Below, one piece after another: positions 36,094-48,996 of a stretch of DNA of 64,000 nucleotides; position 1 is the first letter of the stretch; each line of letters opens with the position of its first letter. The notes below the pieces were generated by a model. It was not told the origin of the DNA. It ran no database searches and worked only from the letters and a program-made list of their open reading frames with translations. The stretch covers positions 367,846,001 to 367,910,000 of the forward strand of contig OZ024743.1 in the NCBI GenBank assembly GCA_964016885.1. The letters are read 5' to 3'. This stretch comes from Eledone cirrhosa. Its lineage: Eukaryota. Both the position numbers and the translations under genes were made by a program.

Positions 36094-36937
36094 TTAAGGA
36101 AGTACTGAGGATTTGAAGCGAATGGAACCTGTGGAAGAAGCTGACCAAGCAAAACATAGGACAAAGTGATGAGGACTGATCTCAAGAAGCTGAATTTCAT
36201 GAAGATGCTAAAGGATCACTGTGACAACTAGCAAAATGTCATACTGGAGACCCCTGCCGAACCCATGCAAGAATGGAAAAACAGACACAAAATATGGTGA
36301 TAATTGGGATGTGTATCTATATTTGAATCTCTCATCTGTTTATATTTTCCCTGCCACCAACCATTCTTGTTACTATCTATCACCCTCCCTCTCTCTTTAT
36401 TATTCACTTACTCCCACTGTCATGCTGTTCATATATTGAGAAATGGTAACACATTGGATGTAGCTATATTTAATCCCTCCTTTATCATCACCTTCTTCTA
36501 CTTCTAGCCATTACTTACTCCACCATCGTCCTTTTGCTTCCATCACTTTAGTTCCTTTTTATTATTCTCTTTTCTCTCACCCTCTTACTCTGATTCCCTT
36601 TCATCACTCTCTTCTATCACCATACTGGATATCTTCCTTCTATTAAATCTTCTTACCAACAGCCATCAAGTAGCTGTCTATCACTTTTTCTATCTCTTCT
36701 ATTACTTCTTCTCCGGTTAACTTGTTGTGGGGGAAAAAGGAATAAACAGAAACTAGACAGGGAAGAGGGAACACTTTATTCTTGCTCTCTGATGAAAGTG
36801 AATGGATGACATAGAATATATTAGGGATGACTCTTAAGTCTTGTGAGGGACCAGTCAAACTTTCTAGTGCTAATGCCTTGATAAAATGCACTCAGTATAC
36901 TCTGAAAAGTAATTGGTGATAGGAAAGGCATTCAGAC

Positions 36938-38044
36938 TGATATGAATGACCAGCTAGTTATCTGGCCCATAGAAACTATTTTCCAATCTTAGTCTAAAAT
37001 AAGTCTGAAATGAGGGATAAAAACATCACTAAAACAAAATGGCATCCATCATGACTGACAATGCGCACACTCTCTATCATGTCAAGGGAGGTCATTGCAT
37101 TTATACATTTTCCATTACATTCACTCTCACTTAAAATGTCTCATAAATCAAGCCTTTCTGGTGCTTTTCTGGTTCTCTAGGATTGATGCAGTTGATGAGA
37201 TTTGTCTTGTTGTTCAAGAGGGTCATCTCTATGAGGTGAATACCTTCCTATTAGATTTCTGTCTGGCTTTTGGGTGACCACAGGTGTCTGAGTTAATTTG
37301 TTGGTAGGATTGATTTTCCCTGGTGATGCAAATTGTTTGATAGATACTATTGTTTCATGGCTGTCTGAATAACGAATGTGTGCATATTGTGGGTTAGCTT
37401 TGATTAAATCAACTATTCAACAAGAGGGTCATACTTGCTAGTGCAAATGTTCCTTTGCATAAGAACAGGTCCTGTGTTGAGAAGACATAGATGTTCCAGT
37501 AGCTGAATGTCTTTGATAGTTGAAGAGACATTATTGGTTATATACAAAGGAGAGATCTGATTGAATGTAGCACATCTGGTAGAACCGTTTCCCATGAATA
37601 CACTGGAAGGCTATGAGTTTTCAAGGAGAGTATTACTGGTTTCCATATAATACCGTTATATCGCTCTACTTGACTGTTTCTGGGGGGATTGTATGGTGTC
37701 GTTCTACTTGTTGCAATGACCTACTGAGGAGCCATTCTCTCAATTCTGCAGACATAAAGGCAATGATTGAAAGTTTTATCTGCATTTGTGGTGTTTGAGT
37801 CTGAATTAAGTCTGTCTGGTTTCAAATATCTTTCCATGGTGAGTCCATGATAGTTTTTTTGATTGATATTAATGACCAGTTAGTTATCTGGCTCAACGAA
37901 ACTATTTTCCAATCTAGTCTAAAACAAGTCTGAAAATAGCTATAAAAACATCACCAAAACAAAATAGCATCCATTATGATTGATAATGCACTTGCTCTCT
38001 ATCATGTCAAGGGAGGTCACTGCATTTATATATTTTCCATTACA
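36938..38044 (-). mobile_element. Internally deleted Gypsy-type LTR retrotransposon
   Basis: Direct repeats 36938-37119 and 37864-38044 with TG..CA ends. Purine tract before the 3' LTR. The interior on minus reads gag-like MERYLKPDRL joined to integrase AFMS..ATSRTTPYNP..QVERYNGIIWK..WETVLPDVLHSIRSLLC..GPVL..SKYDPLVE. Confidence 0.82.
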
Positions 38045-39057
38045 CAGCTATAAAGATATGCCAAACAAAAGGAACATATGAGCACAAGAGTTTCTTGATA
38101 TATGTAGTGAATGTTTATTGGTGCTATTAAAGGAGTAATGAAACCTTGTAAAGTTCAAACAATATGGAATGGAAGTTCATTTAAAATTTGAAGATAGAGC
38201 AATTGAGAACTATCAGCTATTTCAACAAAGTAGTAACATACACTTAAAAAACAACAGTATTTTGAATTAAAAATTAACATTGTTTATAATTATTAGTAAT
38301 TATAGAAAAATCATAACTGTAAAAGAGTAATTATAATTGAAATTATTATAGAATGAAAATTACAATTTTTAATAATTATAGGAAAATAAAATAAACATAA
38401 TAATATAACAATGTTCTTTTCCAAAGTCTGTTGCAATGTTGTGCGGAAAAGGAGATTGAGAAGCAAACGCAGAAGAAAACTGAATGAAACAAACTGCATA
38501 TGAACCATATATCTTCATAAAATTTAACTTCCCATTAATTACAAAATCCAATGGTTTATTCCTAAATAATTATTATTAAAAAAAACAATAAATTATTCTT
38601 GTTATTATTGCAGTTATAATAACAGATTTGAACTCAGAAAATAAAGAGCCAGACCAAATACCACAATGGCATTTAAGAAAAAACTTCGATCAAAATGTTT
38701 TATATTGCTAAAAAAAAAAAAAAGTGTAAAAGACTAGATTCAACCTTAACCTAGGTGTAGCTATAACTGTAAATGCCTCATAATCCAAACACATACAGTT
38801 TGTCAAATACATATTGAGCGTTCAGTACTGAGAACTAGACATCAGTTCACAATCGTGGTCCCGTAATAGCTAATACTGACCAGATGAAACCATTACAAAG
38901 AACTTTTTTAACACAACATATATACCAAGTCAAATATCTGGACTGCATTATTCTAAAAGCACTAGAGTCCAGACACATGGCTCTCCACATACTGAATTCA
39001 AATTGCACAGGATCAACTTTCTCTTTCATCCTTTTGGAGGAGGAGGAAGAGTTGTAT

Positions 39058-40290
39058 TCTTCTTCTTCTTCTTCTTCTTCTTCTTCTTCTTCTTCTTCTT
39101 CTTCGCCCAGACAGGGTTGTGGGGGCAGAGTCCTCAAACACTCCTTCCAGTGGGTCCTGTCAGAAGCAACCGTCTCCAACTGATCCGGCTGGATTCCCAA
39201 GCAAGACCAGCCAAGCTCTTGGATGTTATCCAACCATCTTGCTTGGAGTCTGCCTCTGGATCTGCCGCTTAGTTTTGCCTGTAAAATTTGTCCAGTGATT
39301 CTTTCCTGAGACATTCGGACCACATGCCCCTAGTATTGGAGCTGTGATCTCTCAATTTGGAGAAGTAGTGGCTTTACCTGGAGTGACTCTCTGATCTCTG
39401 ACTTACACACTCTATTGAGTAATATTACTCCAAAGACCCTCCAGCGGACCCCTATTACGGCAGCTTATGTTTGTGATTGTAATATGTTGGTCATTACCTA
39501 AGCTTCATGACCATAGGTATGGTTTGGTATGAATACCAAATTGAAGTTTGGCTTTTACACCTACATCTGACTTGGGATGAGGTGATAAAAGCCGACCTTA
39601 CCCAACTACACCTCTCAAAGTCAATGACACACGACCGTGACTTTTGGTGTCACGCAGTAATACAGGGTACCCGACCTCCCATGGGTACATGCTGAAGCAT
39701 ATAAACAATATGCCCCCCCCCCCCCCCACCGCAAGGTGGTCGTGGAGGTGCCACGGCAAAAAAGCACCCAGCCCACACTGTAAAGTGGACGTGTAGGCGC
39801 CACGAAAAAGCACCCAGCACTCACTGTAAATGAGGTTGGTGTTAGGAAGGGCATCCAGCTGTAGAAATCAAGCCAGATCAGTTCCTGTATGAGCAAGGCA
39901 TGGTCAGCCGACCAGACACTGCCCACAACAGGACAACCCGTCTAACCCATGCTAGCGTGGAAGAACGGACGTAAAACGGTGATGATGATGATGATGATCT
40001 CTCCTTCTGATCTCCAAATGCTGAATCTGGCGCATTACTGCACCAGCTCCTGAAATTCTTGCACTTAATTCAGCCTCCTGCCTTCCATCACTCATGAACA
40101 CAGCTCCAAAATACTTGAACTTCTCCACCTGCTTCAGTGGAACTCCATTTGCATGTAGCATGCACTGCGCAGGCTTCCTTGAGAGGACAAGTGTCCCAGT
40201 TTTTGCAGCACTGATTTTCATTCCAGCCATACAGCACTCGGCATCAAATCTTTCAAGTGCAGATCAGAGATCACCTTCTGTCATACTAAA
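39058..40290 (-). mobile_element. Expander-like LINE 3' portion with (GAA)n tail, interrupted by an RTE composite
   Basis: ORFs 38847-39323 and 39952-40230 (VEKFKYFGAVFMSDGRQEAELSARI). Confidence 0.82.
39567..39998 (+). mobile_element. Young 5'-truncated RTE composite, near-identical to 925-1358
   Basis: Only a few substitutions relative to 925-1358. (GAT)n tail. Confidence 0.92.
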
Positions 40291-41012
40291 TCAAAACCAT
40301 TTCTTTTGGAGTCCATAAATAAAATACTAGTGTAAGGAAGTGGATTAATTGAATTGCTAGAGTATCAGCCTTTTGGTAGTTGTTCCCATTCCAAGTGTTT
40401 TGACTTCAAATCTTTACTCCTGTGACTAGAAAAAGAAGGAAATGATTGGAGTGGGATGTCTATCATTAAAACACAAGAATCCTCCTATGTGATGCAGCCT
40501 TATAGGAAGCCAGCTAAACCTATGCATAAGTGAGCAATATCAATAACTTATTTGTCAAATCGTGTCTGATCAAGTAACTGCAATGGAGACACTAATAATG
40601 TCTTGCATCAATGTGCCATCACCATAGAAGAGACACCTACTGTTCAAGTGAAAAAATATTGATTTCCTCCTTATTCAATTGAACATCAGAAATATCTGAT
40701 GTATCAATTTTACTTGAAAACTTTGTCTACAATTTTTCACTGTTAGATATTTTCGAGTTTTGTACAACATGTGCAACAATTCTATTTGAATATGGAAATT
40801 CCAGGAGTTTATTAATCTATCATCAATGACATCTGATGGAAATTAGCAGCTGCTATGAAAATATTTTTGCCATCTTTGAATGTATGATATTAATGTAATA
40901 GTTAATCTAATAAAGAAATCCAGTTCAGTAAAACCAGACAAAGAGGATATTGAATAATAGTATAAAATAAATTACTCAACACATCTTCCTATCACACACA
41001 TACACATATACG

Positions 41013-41053
<41 letters not shown>

Positions 41054-41175
41054 ATATATATATATATATGTGTGTGTGTATTAGGTAATTCCGAAGGAAA
41101 AGCAAAGGAAAATGGGTGCTCTATGTATAGAACAGAGCTATTTAATTAGAAAGTGAACAACACAAAATATAACTA

Positions 41176-41243
41176 CTCCATTACCAAAGGTTTCTGGATC
41201 ACAGACGATAATAATATACGTCTGGATCGGTCGTCAGACAGAG
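41176..41243 (-). ncRNA. Type-I hammerhead ribozyme motif
   Basis: Minus strand: ctctgt CTGACGA ccGATCcagacg..cgtctgtGATCca GAAA cc ttt gg T A atggag. Confidence 0.7.
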
Positions 41244-41513
41244 ATGTTATAGATAAAAAATATGAAATGAGATTTAAAATCTGTTAAAAATTGGAAGTGA
41301 GGCTGGAAAAATAACAAGAAATGTACATAAGAAAAGAAGGGTAAGAAAAATAATAAATAAAAATATAAAAATAAAAATATAAAAATATATAGCAATATAG
41401 AAAAAGACATGTGTGTGCATACATATACACACACATTCAGATAAAAGTAAAATATATATATATGTATATATACATACAAGTATATATATATATACACAGA
41501 AACATACATATAT

Positions 41514-41553
<40 letters not shown>

Positions 41554-41557
41554 TTGT

Positions 41558-42690
41558 TATGACCATGCTGTAAAATGGAGGGGTAGAGAGGGCCCATGAG
41601 TCCAGTAAGACATCCTCTCTAGTGCTGGTGGCATGAATAAAAGCACCCAGTCCATGCTGTAAAATGGCATTAGTGTTTAAGACTGGCTGTCCATGGGAAC
41701 TTCTCTATGCTGACGATCTGGTTCTTATAGCAGAATCAGTAGAGGAGCTAGAGAATAAATTCTGGCTACGGAAACAGCAGTTGGAAGCAAGAGGACTGAG
41801 AGTGAACCTAGCTAAGACAAAAGTGTTGATGAGTAGAAAAGAGGACAAAACTCTGATTCCGTCAGGGAATGGCCATGTTCGATATGCAGAAAAGGAACTG
41901 GCATAAATTCTATAAAATGCACACAATGCAGATCCTGGGTACACAAGAGATGTAGCGGGATAGCAGGCAAACTAACAGGTAGGGAGAAATACGTATGCAG
42001 TAGATGTACAGGGAAATTAGACAGTAGAAGTCGCATTGATAGACACATTTTTCAAATGCAGGCGGGTGCTATAGAAGTGGTAGATAGCTTCCGGTACCTA
42101 GGAGATCAGATTAGCATGGGAGGGGGGTGTTCTGAGGCCATAGTATCTAGAATAAGGATGGGTTGGAAGAAGTTTAGGGAGCTGCTTCCTCTGCTGATGA
42201 AGAAGGGTTTCTCCATGCGTACGAAAGGCCGGTTATATGATGCCTGTGTGAGGAGCGCGGTGCTGCATGGTAGTGAGATATGGGCAGCAACTGCAGAGGA
42301 TATGCGACAGCTTGAGAGAAATGAGGCAAGCATGCTCCGTTGGATGTGCAATGTCAATGTGCATAAACAACCCAGCATGAATGTGTTGAGAGAGAAACTG
42401 TGTCTGAGAGGGATAGAATGTAGTGAGCGAGAGAGGAGACTGAGGTGGTATGGACATGTGATGTGCATGGAGGATGACCGATGGGTGAAGAAGTGCCAGG
42501 AAATGCCAGTTGAAGGAAGACGTGGTAGAGGTAGACCATGAAAAACATGGGCGGAGGTGGTGAGAACAGACCTCAGATCGCTGAAGCTAACGGTGGAGAT
42601 GACGAAGGACTGTGACAAATGGAGAGATGCTGTGCTGAATAAGACCCATCCCACCCTTGCAAGCAGGGAAAACCGAACTTAAAATGATTA
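41558..42690 (+). mobile_element. Internally deleted copy of the adjacent full-length RTE
   Basis: The 5' UTR matches 43339-43457, then jumps at about 41677 to sequence matching 45590 onward. Confidence 0.9.
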
Positions 42691-43307
42691 TATTGATACA
42701 CACACACACATAAATACATATACAGACATACATACAGACATATACATATACACACACATATACTATATTTATATACACAACAACAACAACAACAACAACA
42801 ACACCAACAGCAACAACAACAACAGCAACAACACCATCGTCTGTGTTGAATGTGTGTGTATGTATTTGTATATATGCGACAGCAATAACAGCATCAACAC
42901 CATTGTCTGCAGCAACAGCAGCAGTGAAATGAAGGACAACAACAACAGCAACAACGACAACAACTACAATAACAACTACAGCACCAACAACTGCCACCAC
43001 CATCACTGACCATCCACCACCACCACACTGACACTATCCACCACCGCCATTACCAGCGTAAAGCAAACAATTATTATTGTTATTGTTATTATATACAAGC
43101 TGAACTGGACTGGGAAAGGTCAACAGTTGACATGATAGTGATTTTGACGATTTTGATTTTGATTTTGATTTTGTATCAGTACTGTCGGTAATATATGTAT
43201 ATATATATGTGTTTGTGAGTTGTGTGTGTGATTGTATGCATGAATGAGTGTTGGTATGTGTGGTTGTGGTTTGTATGCATGAGTATTGGTGTGTGAGTCG
43301 TGTCAAT

Positions 43308-43341
<34 letters not shown>

Positions 43342-43529
43342 GACCATGCTGTAAAATGGAGGGGTAGAGAGGGCCCTTGAGTCTAGTAAGACATCCTCTC
43401 TAGTGCTGGTGGCACAAATAAAAGCACCCAGTCCATGCTGTAAAGTGGCGCTGGTGTTAGGAAGGGCATCCAACCAGTGTATCAATGCCAAAAGCTTATC
43501 AGCACAGCAACAAAACAGCATAGAAAAAT

Positions 43530-44426
43530 ATGAAGACGTCGCATCTCAGAGTTGCAACACTTAATGTTGGCACTCTCAGAGGTAGATCTGCTGAAATAGC
43601 GGAGATGCTGGAGAGAAGGCAGGTGGATGTGTGCTGCGTGCAAGAGGTGAGATGGAGAGGTGCCTCTGCGAGACTAGTCGTAGGCAAGCGTCTTAGCTAT
43701 AAGCTATTCTGGGTAGGTAAGGATGATGGGTTAGGGGGAGTAGGCATTTTCCTGGCTGAGAAATGGATCAATAAGACAATAAAGGTAGTTCGAGTTAGTA
43801 ATCGAATAATTAAGCTTAGATTAGTTGTAGGTAGGAGACTACTGACAATCATCTCGGTCTATGCTCCCCAAGCAGGCCTAGGCAAAGATGAGAAAGACTG
43901 CTTTTATGAGCAACTCTTGCAAACAACCACAATGACCGAGGACGGAGACATCGTTATGCTAGCAGGAGACTTCAATGGTCATGTTGGACAGCTCCAGGAT
44001 GGTTACACTGGGGTACATGGTGGGCACGGTTACGGTTCAAGAAATGAAGAAGGAGTGAGACTTCTTGAATTTTGTGATGCAAGTACATTGACTATTTGCA
44101 ACACAAACTTCCAGAAACCTGCCAATCACCTAATAACCTACAAATCTGGTGAGCACATAAGCCAGATTGACTTCCTGCTAGTTAGGCAGCGGGACAGGCA
44201 GATAGTGTCTAATACCAAGGCATACCCTGGGGAAGAATGTACCCCACAGCATAGGTTAGTTGTTAGTGATATCTCAGTAAGCAAGAGATGGAATGAGACA
44301 TATAGGAAGGTGTGGAGAAGAAAGGTCTGGAAGCTAAAAGACCTTTCACTAAAATTCAAATTTAGGAAAGCCCTTCAAGATGTATATGACGAAAAAGAAG
44401 ACGATTTAGAGACGTATGACAGATAA
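43530..44426 (+). CDS. RTE apurinic-like endonuclease (N-terminal part of a single ORF)
   Basis: ATLNVGTL, CVQEVRW, ISVYAPQ, GDFNGHVG, SQIDF, QHRLVV motifs. Confidence 0.9.
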   Translation: MKTSHLRVATLNVGTLRGRSAEIAEMLERRQVDVCCVQEVRWRGASARLVVGKRLSYKLFWVGKDDGLGGVGIFLAEKWINKTIKVVRVSNRIIKLRLVVGRRLLTIISVYAPQAGLGKDEKDCFYEQLLQTTTMTEDGDIVMLAGDFNGHVGQLQDGYTGVHGGHGYGSRNEEGVRLLEFCDASTLTICNTNFQKPANHLITYKSGEHISQIDFLLVRQRDRQIVSNTKAYPGEECTPQHRLVVSDISVSKRWNETYRKVWRRKVWKLKDLSLKFKFRKALQDVYDEKEDDLETYDR

Positions 44427-46596
44427 TAACTGGAAGTTCTTACGTGACAACTTGCTGCAGGCTACTGATGAAACCTGTGGCTGGAGCAGAGCTCCAACCA
44501 GACAGAGAGTGACCTGGTGGTGGAACAGCACAGTAGATAAGGCTATTAGAGACAAAAGACTAGCATGGAAGGCTTGGAAAAAGGGTGGGAGTAGGGAAGA
44601 ATATTCAGCCACTAAGAGAGAAGCTAGACGTCAGGTGTACTTAGCACGCAGGGAGGCAGAGAGTAGGAAGTTTGCCAATGTTCTGCGACGGGAAGATCAG
44701 AGGCGTGCGGTGTTCCACATTGCAAGGCAGTGTGTCAATGCAAATCAGGATGTTGTTGGTGATAAATGTGTCCGGGATGATGCCGGTGTACTTAGTGTCA
44801 CGAATGACCAGAAAAAGGAGGCCTGGAAATGTCATTATGAGAGACTGATGAATGTGGAGAACGAATGGGAGAGAGAGAAATTACCCTTGGTAGATCCGAC
44901 AGAGGGACCAGCTATTGAGATTGACGAATATAGGGTCCAAGAGGCGATTAGGGAAATGAAAAATGGTAAGGCGGTCGGACCATCGGGAATAGTTGCTGAG
45001 ATGCTGAAGGCATCAGGGGACGTAGGCACTAAACTGGTTGCACGCATCATCAATCAGGCTATATATGGTGGTGTCATACCCAAAGACTGGTGCAGCAGTA
45101 TTCTCATAAATTGCTACAAAGGTAAAGGGGATGCTTTGGAGAGGAGCAATTATAGGGGTATAAAGCTGATAGATCAGGTTATGAAAGTGGCAGAAAGGAT
45201 TTTAGCACAACTAATTAGAGAAAGGGTCAAACTAGATGAGATGCAGTTTAGTTTTGTGCCTGGGAAGAGTACAACAGATGCCCTCTTCTTGGTGAGACAA
45301 ATGCAAGAGAGGTTCTTAGAGAAGAATAAGCCACTATACTTAGCCTTTGTTGACCTAGAGAAGGCCTTTGATAGGGTACCCCGATCTGTCATCTGGTGGT
45401 CCCTAAGGAAGCTGGGTGTTGAGGAATGGCTTGTGAGGACAGTGCAAACTTTGTACAGAGGTACTCTCAGTAGAGTCAGGGTAGGAATGGAGTTTAGTGA
45501 GGAATTCCAGATACAAGTAGGAGTACATCAGGGTTCGGTCCTCAGCCCGCTCTTGTTCATTATAGTCCTCCAAGCCATAACAGAGGAGTTTAAGACTGGC
45601 TGTCCATGGGAACTTCTCTATGCTGACGATCTGGCTCTTATGGCAGAATCAGTAGAGGAGCTAGAGAATAAATTCCGGCTGTGGAAACAGCAGTTGGAAG
45701 CAAGAGGACTGAGAGTAAATCTAGCTAAGACAAAAGTGTTGATGAGTAGAAAAGAGGACAAAACCCTGATTCCGTCAGGGAAATGGCCATGTTCGATATG
45801 CAGAAAAGGAACTGGCATAAATTCTATAAAATGCACACAATGCAGGTCCTGGGTACACAAGAGATGTAGCGGGATAGCAGGCAAACTAACAGGTAGGGAG
45901 AAATATGTATGCAGTAGATGTACAGGGAAATTAGACAGTAGAAGTCGCACTGATAGACACATTTTTCAAATGCGAGAGGGCGCTATAGAAGTGGTGGATA
46001 GCTTCCGGTACCTAGGAGATCAGATTAGCATGGGAGGAGGGTGTTCCGAGGCCATAGTATCTAGAATAAGGACGGGTTGGAAGAAGTTTAGGGAGCTGCT
46101 TCCTCTGTTGACGAAGAAGGGTTTCTCCCTGCGTACGAAAGGCCGGTTGTATGATGCCTGTCTGAGGAGCGCGATGCTGCATGGTAGTGAGACATGGGCA
46201 GCAACCGCAGAGGATATGCGACGGCTGGAGAGAAATGAGGCAAGCATGCTCCGTTGGATGTGCAGTGTAAATGTGCGTGAACGACCCAGCATAAATGTGT
46301 TGAGAGAGAAACTGTGTCTGAGAGGGATAGAATGTAGTGTACGGGAGAGGAGACTGAGGTGGTATGGACATGTGATGCGCATGGAGGATGACCGATGGGT
46401 GAAGAAGTGCCAGGAAATGCCAGTTGAGGGAAGACGTGGTAGAGGTAGACCACAAAAAACATGGGCGGAGGTGGTGAGAACAGACCTCAGATCATTGAAG
46501 CTCACGGTGGAGATGACGAGGGACCGTGACGAGTGGAGAGATGCTGTGCTGAATAAGACCCGTCCCACCCTTGCAAGCAGGGAAAAGCGGACGTAA
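44416..46596 (+). CDS. RTE reverse transcriptase with inserted C4HC3 finger (C-terminal part)
   Basis: 726-aa open frame: [48 protein letters not shown]. Confidence 0.95.
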   Translation: MTDNNWKFLRDNLLQATDETCGWSRAPTRQRVTWWWNSTVDKAIRDKRLAWKAWKKGGSREEYSATKREARRQVYLARREAESRKFANVLRREDQRRAVFHIARQCVNANQDVVGDKCVRDDAGVLSVTNDQKKEAWKCHYERLMNVENEWEREKLPLVDPTEGPAIEIDEYRVQEAIREMKNGKAVGPSGIVAEMLKASGDVGTKLVARIINQAIYGGVIPKDWCSSILINCYKGKGDALERSNYRGIKLIDQVMKVAERILAQLIRERVKLDEMQFSFVPGKSTTDALFLVRQMQERFLEKNKPLYLAFVDLEKAFDRVPRSVIWWSLRKLGVEEWLVRTVQTLYRGTLSRVRVGMEFSEEFQIQVGVHQGSVLSPLLFIIVLQAITEEFKTGCPWELLYADDLALMAESVEELENKFRLWKQQLEARGLRVNLAKTKVLMSRKEDKTLIPSGKWPCSICRKGTGINSIKCTQCRSWVHKRCSGIAGKLTGREKYVCSRCTGKLDSRSRTDRHIFQMREGAIEVVDSFRYLGDQISMGGGCSEAIVSRIRTGWKKFRELLPLLTKKGFSLRTKGRLYDACLRSAMLHGSETWAATAEDMRRLERNEASMLRWMCSVNVRERPSINVLREKLCLRGIECSVRERRLRWYGHVMRMEDDRWVKKCQEMPVEGRRGRGRPQKTWAEVVRTDLRSLKLTVEMTRDRDEWRDAVLNKTRPTLASREKRT

Positions 46597-46597
46597 A

Positions 46598-46629
<32 letters not shown>

Positions 46630-46785
46630 ATATATGTATATATACATATATAATGTATAAACATATGTATATATACATATATAATGTATAAACATATGTA
46701 TATATACATATATAATGTATAAATATGTGTATATATACATATATAATGTATAAACACACTAGTCTGCAAATATATACATACGCAA

Positions 46786-46816
<31 letters not shown>

Positions 46817-46905
46817 CAGGCATTCACACACACACACACACACACACGTATACATACACACATGCACACATACACATATATATACATATACATATATATA
46901 TATAC

Positions 46906-46992
<87 letters not shown>

Positions 46993-48382
46993 TACATATA
47001 CATACACATACACACACACACATGTATATGAACGCTAAGGCTGCGAGTAAAGTAAAAAAGTAAATAAATATAACAAAAATGCATGCACATACATATATAT
47101 ATATACACATGGCATAACACACTAGTCTGCAGACATATACATACACAAATACAAGGGAAAAAATATAAATAAAATAAAATAAAATAAAATAAAATAAAAT
47201 AAAATAAAAATATATATAAGCGGGCGGGCAAAATGATACGAAGATGTCACACACATAAAGATAAACTTATACATAAATACAATCACATATGCAAAACTAC
47301 AAATAGATACATGCATGTATGTGTCCAGTGGAAGTATAAACATATTGAAGCATGCAAAAATACAAATGAACACACACAGATAACCACACTTTTAATGAAT
47401 AAAATAGGTGTAATATATTCATTTTTTCTTTTCCCTAATTTTACCTTGAACAATCTCTCTTACTTTACCACGAACACTCTCTCTTATTTTATTCCATTTT
47501 ATTTTATTTTACATTCATATTATTGACTTCATCATTTCCTGAACCACTATCTCTTATTTTTACCACCATGGCCATTTACCACATACTTACAACACTTTTA
47601 TTTTATATTACACCTAGTTTATCCATTTCTTCATTTACTTTTACCTTGAACACTCTCTATTATTTTAATCACAAACTTTCTCTCTTATTTTAAACACCCC
47701 AAATATTTTTACATATTCAACACTTATTTTATTTTATACTTAATTTACACTTATATTATTGACTTATTGACTTCATCTTTTCCCAAACCTTCTTTATTAT
47801 TTTAACCACCATGGGCCTTTATCACATACTTTCAACAACAAAATATTTTTATAGCTTTGTTCTATACATAGAGCACTCGTTTTTCCTTTGCCTTTATCAC
47901 ATTCTTTTAACAACAAAATATATTTTATATATTTTTATATTTTTTATATACATAGAGTGTTCTATACATAGAGCACTCGTTTTTCCTTTGCTTCCTCTTC
48001 CTATATAACACATATATCTTTTTATATATATTTATTTTATATATATATATCATCATCATCATCATCATCATCATCATTTTACGTCCGCTTTTCCCTGCTT
48101 AAAAGGGTGGGATGGGAACTGATTCTGGCTTGATTTCTACAGCTGGATGCCCTTCCTAACACCAACCTCATTTACAGTGAGTGGTGGGTGCTTTTTTTCC
48201 GTGGCGCCTACATGTTCACTTTACAGTGTGGGCTGGGTGCTTTTTTACGACTTTGCAGTGGAATGATAGAGACCCCAGTCCCTATCATCGCATTTCTACA
48301 GGTGAGTAAACTGGAGCAATGTGAAAGGAATATATATATATATACATATATGTATGTATATATATATATGTATGTATGTATA

Positions 48383-48707
48383 GTTTTGCGATGTTTTTGA
48401 TATGAAATCGTGTGTCGAAACAAATATTGTTATACTTGGGGAGGGTCATATTTGTGTAATAATATTACCAGAATTAATAACAGAATACACTCACTGTTTG
48501 GTTGGTTTGAAGCGAAAACCAACCAAACAGTGAGTGTGTTCTGTTATTAATTCTGGCAATATTATTACACAAATATTGCCAGAATTAATAACACTTACGG
48601 GGTCGATAAAATAAAGTACCTGTAATGCACTGGGTAATTGCTTGCCTTGTGCCTAAAGTAGAAACAATATTATTACACAAATATGACCCTCCTCAAGTAT
48701 AACAATA
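48383..48707. repeat. Fold-back of a Penelope pLTR-tail sequence with a SINE 3' fragment in the right arm
   Basis: ttgttatacttggggagggtcat...atgaccctcctcaagtataacaa matches the pLTR ends at 25848/27262. Hairpin centre near 48510. SINE piece at 48594-48668. Confidence 0.75.
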
Positions 48708-48752
48708 TGTATATATATATATATATGTATGTATATCTATCTCTATATATAT

Positions 48753-48996
48753 GTTTCCACGAACCAAAGTCTCGTCTTCCTGTCTTCCTCCGGTTGCAAC
48801 GTTTTTTGAAATATCCACTTCTGCGTTTACAGATTGACTTTGTTAGTTTCAGAAGATCCCGTTAAGGGTGAAAGCAGCGATTCTTTGCTTAAACTTCTGA
48901 AACTAACAAAGTCAATCTGTAAACGCAGAAGTGGATATTTCAAAAAACGTTGCAACCGGAGGAAGACAGGAAGACGATACTTTGGTTCGTGGAAAC
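48753..48996. repeat. Palindrome, 103-bp arms, 38-nt spacer
   Basis: 48753-48855 is the inverse of 48894-48996. Followed by two diverged ~140-bp tandem units (48984-49258). Confidence 0.92.

Larger units (their letters stand above)
35330..36300 (+). mobile_element. Old RTE 3' remnant hosting nested insertions
   Basis: RLYDACV..GSET remnants. The frame EDFSC|LRKY continues across the MITE. Confidence 0.65.
43339..46627 (+). mobile_element. Near-intact full-length RTE LINE
   Basis: 5' UTR, an APE-RT ORF with one frameshift, and a 3' (GAT)n tail immediately after the stop. Confidence 0.95.
41090..47390 (-). mobile_element. Microsatellite-rich hammerhead-bearing element, copy A (interrupted by RTE LINEs at about 41558-46627)
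   Basis: Segments 41140-41460, 46750-46850 and 47030-47385 are inversely repeated at 55265-55577, 54470-54550 and 53310-53610. Confidence 0.65.

Noticed and set aside
46492-47373. Many IYIY/CVCV/HTHT ORFs here and elsewhere
   Set aside because: Stop-free dinucleotide microsatellites.
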